Origin: Piptocephalis cylindrospora
Taxonomy: Eukaryota
Assembly (NCBI GenBank): GCA_003614145.1
Contig: KZ987729.1
Location: 1 to 53,913, forward strand
Direction: 5' to 3'
DNA: 53,913 nt
Under the pieces are notes generated by a model. The model was not told where the DNA came from and ran no database searches. It worked only from the letters and a program-made list of their open reading frames with translations. The translations under genes were made by a program, and so were the position numbers. Within the stretch, counting starts at the first letter, position 1; every line of letters starts with the position of its first letter. Positions 50,007 through 53,913 of the stretch are shown here, one piece after another.

Positions 50007-51120
50007 GTTGTTGGGATGGTGAAATCCAAAGTCCGGCAATGGATGCAATAGTTTGGAGACAGATATTGAGGGCAATGAAGCGGCCTGCGCAGAAGAGGTG
50101 ATGGGAGGATAGGTTGAATCAGGAGTAAGTAGGAGGAAGAGAAGGAATATACATCTCATCAGGGGGTAATTGTATTCGTGTGATTGTCTTAAATACTTAA
50201 ATGCAAAGGATGAAGGCGGATACGGGGATCTGGAAAATATGGGACCCGGTAGCATTCCTATCCTCCTGTTCGGGCTGGCACATCTCAGCAGCAACGGAGC
50301 AAGATTACCTTGTCGGGGATGTTTCACAGATCCGTCAGGAGTATCCCACCTCCATCAATCCCTTTGCTCAAGTTAGCAAGATACAGGATATGGGGATGCA
50401 CTGAGAAAGGGTGGTAATTGCCAATTAGATTAGGTTAGGGGAACACAGGTACATGGCTTTTGAGGAGGCAAGATAAAATCGGCCCCTTACTGACACTGTC
50501 GGAGATTCCAGGTGATGCGCTTTCTCTATTGGTATTCGATGTGGAGTCTCCATAGGGAAGTGTAGCATGTAATGGGTTTAAAGTCCGTCCATGTGGTAAT
50601 GCTCTTTCGTGTGGAGAGGGATGATCTCAGGCCAGCGGATCTAATAATAGCGGCCATATCCAAAACCGCCTCTTAAACAAGATGATGCTAAAAGAAAGAG
50701 AACGGGCTGACCTTATGTAAAATCACAATTTCCTTCAGGATACTTTTATATGCAGAGAATAAAGAATTGCTCATCCGCCCAAGGAAAGCCTATTTTTTTT
50801 ATCTTTTAGTAATATCTTGACGCCTAATGATGATGGCGGACGGTCGGGTTACCTGCGTGTATTATCTAGATCCGCTGTTCTGGGTAGTTCTCCGAAAAGA
50901 TGAATACATGGGGTTTCGAATGCTCTGTTCCCTCGCTTGGTCTTTGGGTTAATCATGTTTAGACTTGAATTAGATCATTAAGATGAGGTTTTCCTCATGG
51001 CACGTTTCTGGAAATAATTCCATGGCATTAATGATGATAAAATGAGCGTACATCTCCCTTATAGGGGTCGTACGACCTCTTAATCCTCTCCAAAGCTACT
51101 TATGAACGTGCTTTTTTAAA

Positions 51121-51311
51121 CGATGATGATAAAACCGTTCTATTATCCCCAAGTGAGGCAGGCAATAGGAATGTCCGAACACAGTACCCACCCAAGGGCC
51201 GGCATGCGTGGTATCAGGGACTAGGTCCCCGACGTGCACCCTATACAAAAATATTCATGGATGCTACAGACACCTAAGGCCCACCTTCACCTGAAGGAAC
51301 GTTCGCCACCA
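51121..51311 (-). repeat. ~200 bp dispersed repeat, copy 3 (inverted relative to copies 1 and 2)
   Basis: The reverse complement reads tggtggcgaacgttccttcaggtgaaggtggg..tctgtagcatcc..gtgcacgt..taccacgcatgcc..gttcgga..tgcctgcctc..ggggataatagaacggttttatcatcatcg. Confidence 0.88.
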
Positions 51312-51567
51312 TTGACGTACTTTTTTAAACTTACCATACAGTAATGCTCGGAATCATGGACACAGCCAGAGCAACATAGTTGGTATAGAGGCCAGAAAAT
51401 AAATGGGGTTTCAAAGCAAACCAAGGACACAGCCATGGTCAAGAGCAAACTCTTCATGCGGCTTAAGCCATTCCCCTAATTTAACGTGATGGGACTACAA
51501 GGAAACCGAAAAAGCGACATGAACATAGTACGAAAATTCATTATACACAGCTTCTCTCATTCTCTCC

Positions 51568-53878
51568 TTATTCATCATAGTACCCATAGCCATCCTCTCC
51601 ACTGTCATGACCATAGTCATCATCCACATAGGTCTCCTCCTCCTCTTCCTCATCCGCCTCCTCGTCATCATCTCTCGTGGTAGCTTTGGCCTTGGAATCC
51701 TCGTTGGCGGTGTCCTGAACAGTAGATCCTTGGCCAGAGGCTTGATTCAAAGCATCACGAGGATCCCCAGGCTCTTCAACCACCTGCAATTCGTTCTCTT
51801 CGCCGTCCATTAGCCCTTGATGACTCTTGGAAGGAGTCTTCACTCGGTGCTCCTCAACTCCAGCGCCATCTAGATCCTCGGCAAGAACCTCTCGGAGCTT
51901 ATCATAATTGACCTTATTACTCTGTCGTTGTTGGGAGAGGACTTGGATAGCCGCTGCAGTCATGGAGGGGGCCATCTCTCGGTTAAATCCAGCCTGTCGC
52001 TCAGCCTCACGTTTCTTCCGCTGCCTCGCCTTCTTGGCCCTCCCACCTGCTCCACCATACTGAAGACCCATACTTTGGGCCTGTAGGGCCTTCCTCTCCT
52101 TCTCCCGCATGAACTCTCCATTCTCGGCTTCCCACCGCTCGGTCTTGACCTTGACCTCCTCCTCTTCCATGATAATCCCGATGATCTCTGGATCATCCAC
52201 ATCGGACCACAGGGAGACGTCCTCCTCCTCCACCTTTTCCTTCGTGTCCTCGTCTGCCTCTTCAATCGCCTCCTGGGAGTCCTTCATCATCTTTGCTAAA
52301 TCGAGCTGAAAATCTTCCTCCTCTTTCTCCTCCTCTTGAGCATCAGGGGGGGTGAGCCGGGCGCGCTTCCTTCGACGGGAAAATTCAAGTCGCTCCCGGG
52401 CCTTGGCATTACGTATCAAGGTCTGTTCCCGGTATGTCCGATCAAATTCAGCAAGAAACGAAGCATCCTCTTCGGGAGTCATGAGATCCGAGGGGAGAAA
52501 TGGACTAGCAAGAGAGGGTTTGTCCTTTCCTTTCCCCTCTCCAAGCCCCTTGGCCATTTCCAGCTCCATTTGAGTTATTCCCTCCTTATCAAACGATTCC
52601 AGAGCCTCGACAGCTGCGGCGACGGCTGCATTTACCTTGGCTGTGGCCTTAGCCCGGGCAAAGGCCGGGGGATCGCAACTTTCCTCTAGCCAGACCGATT
52701 GAAAGTCGGAAACTGTCATGGCCGACGACGGTGTTTTTTCAAATTCATTCAGTCTGTAGAGAATCCAAGAGGTAAGTGGGATAAAAAAGAAGGGGTGAGT
52801 ACGAGCAGGATGATATGTAAGGCATAGGGGGATCGACTGCAAGACTCACCTTCTCTGAAGAGTGGCATCTCCAATTTTGACGACACGAATCACCTCTTTC
52901 TTTGTCCTACGGAAATCATGCATACGAGCAGCAATCAGCAGACCTACAAAAGATATAGGTTTAGTGATGATGGGAATAAACACACATGTACACGCCCTTC
53001 TCAGCCGTCATAGTTTGATCATATACATACAGGCGCCGCAGATACCCGAGGGCCGACGACCGGTCTGAATCCAATCAATACTCATACGTCGCACAAGACG
53101 GAGGGCATCCGCCGCAACTGCCTGAGTCTTATCGCCAAATTCCAAGGCAGCGGCGAAACGATGGATGTAGATGGAGGGATCCACCAAAGGAAGCTGCAGC
53201 CCCAAAAGTTTCACCAGAGTAAGGAAAGTTGCACCAATGACAAAGACATTCAACTGAACAGGAGAAGAAGTATTAGATCAGGCCATGGGAAAGAGAGGAT
53301 ATGTACAGCGTACGGTGTCCTACCAGGTCATTCATTCTACGCATCTTACCTGGAGTAGATCTGAAAAATCAATGAGCATATGAGAAGTGCGTTCCATACG
53401 GCATGCAATGTAGAGACATACTGCGGCCACGTGAACGGTACGGCGACCACGAGTAAAATTCTGAGCCAAGGCGAGGTTAAAGTACCGACTGGCAGATTCT
53501 ATGTAGATTTCGGGGATACGAAGGGCAACGGCGAGAGCCTGGATGCGCTGCTTACCATTCTTCATGGCTTGTTGCTTCCCTTCGGTACCATGGAAGCGAC
53601 GGTTTGGTCCGGAGAAACCGACACTGAGGGCACCAGCACCAACGTATGTTCCCTGAAGGACAGCTGCACCATTGGATTTTTCACCAAAGCTCACCTCCGA
53701 TACAATGGTGTTTTCTTCGAGGACCTACACGAGAAGGGTCAAAAGAATGAAGGATGAGTATGCTATAGAGTACAAGTCATCCAGGATCCAGGACACGTAC
53801 GAGACCACACTTGCTGCAGTAGCTATTACCCTCAGCCTCATTCTGCAGAATGGTACCACCACACTCCAAGCAAGGCAT
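51568..53878 (-). CDS. BRF1: RNA polymerase III transcription factor IIIB subunit BRF1, multi-exon
   Basis: [13 protein letters not shown] Zn ribbon, [62 protein letters not shown]. Confidence 0.95.
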
Positions 53879-53913
53879 AGTAGATGTATAAGAAAGGTAA
53901 ACAAGGTTAGAGA

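Noticed and set aside
50007..50327. N-terminal extension of the 239-aa ORF
   Set aside because: The internal ATG at 50006 gives a clean signal peptide; the upstream part looks like open 5' UTR.
50424..50441. ttagattaggttagggg telomere-like run
   Set aside because: Only one exact TTAGGG; too short to be meaningful.
1..53913. CRISPR arrays, rRNA, tRNA, transposase or reverse transcriptase genes
   Set aside because: None recognised; the sequence is eukaryotic and no regularly spaced repeat-spacer array is visible.

Overview
A compact, intron-rich (short GT-AG introns) eukaryotic region. The gene set (OCRL/INPP5B with PH-ASH-RhoGAP, C2CD5, NUDCD1, RMI1 with C-terminal OB domain, fungal-type NDUFB3) suggests an early-diverging fungus; this is inference. 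Recognisable genes: OCRL/INPP5B, NDUFB3, a large kinase with Sel1-like repeats, RMI1, UBP14/USP5, a protein tyrosine phosphatase, REV3, PRO3, a dsRBD-DEAH helicase, DDB1, C2CD5, NUDCD1 and BRF1. Main observations beyond the ORF track: (1) the OCRL gene is split, with its RhoGAP tail on the opposite strand in an inverted ~1.45 kb block, and NDUFB3 lacks an ATG and sits in frame with the OCRL 5' half; (2) a ~200 bp dispersed repeat family I do not recognise, two copies of which face each other around a small secreted Cys-rich gene; (3) a 4-exon SLX4IP-like gene head-to-head with DDB1; (4) REV3 lacks the CysA metal-binding motif. All family assignments and alignments were made by eye, without database searches.
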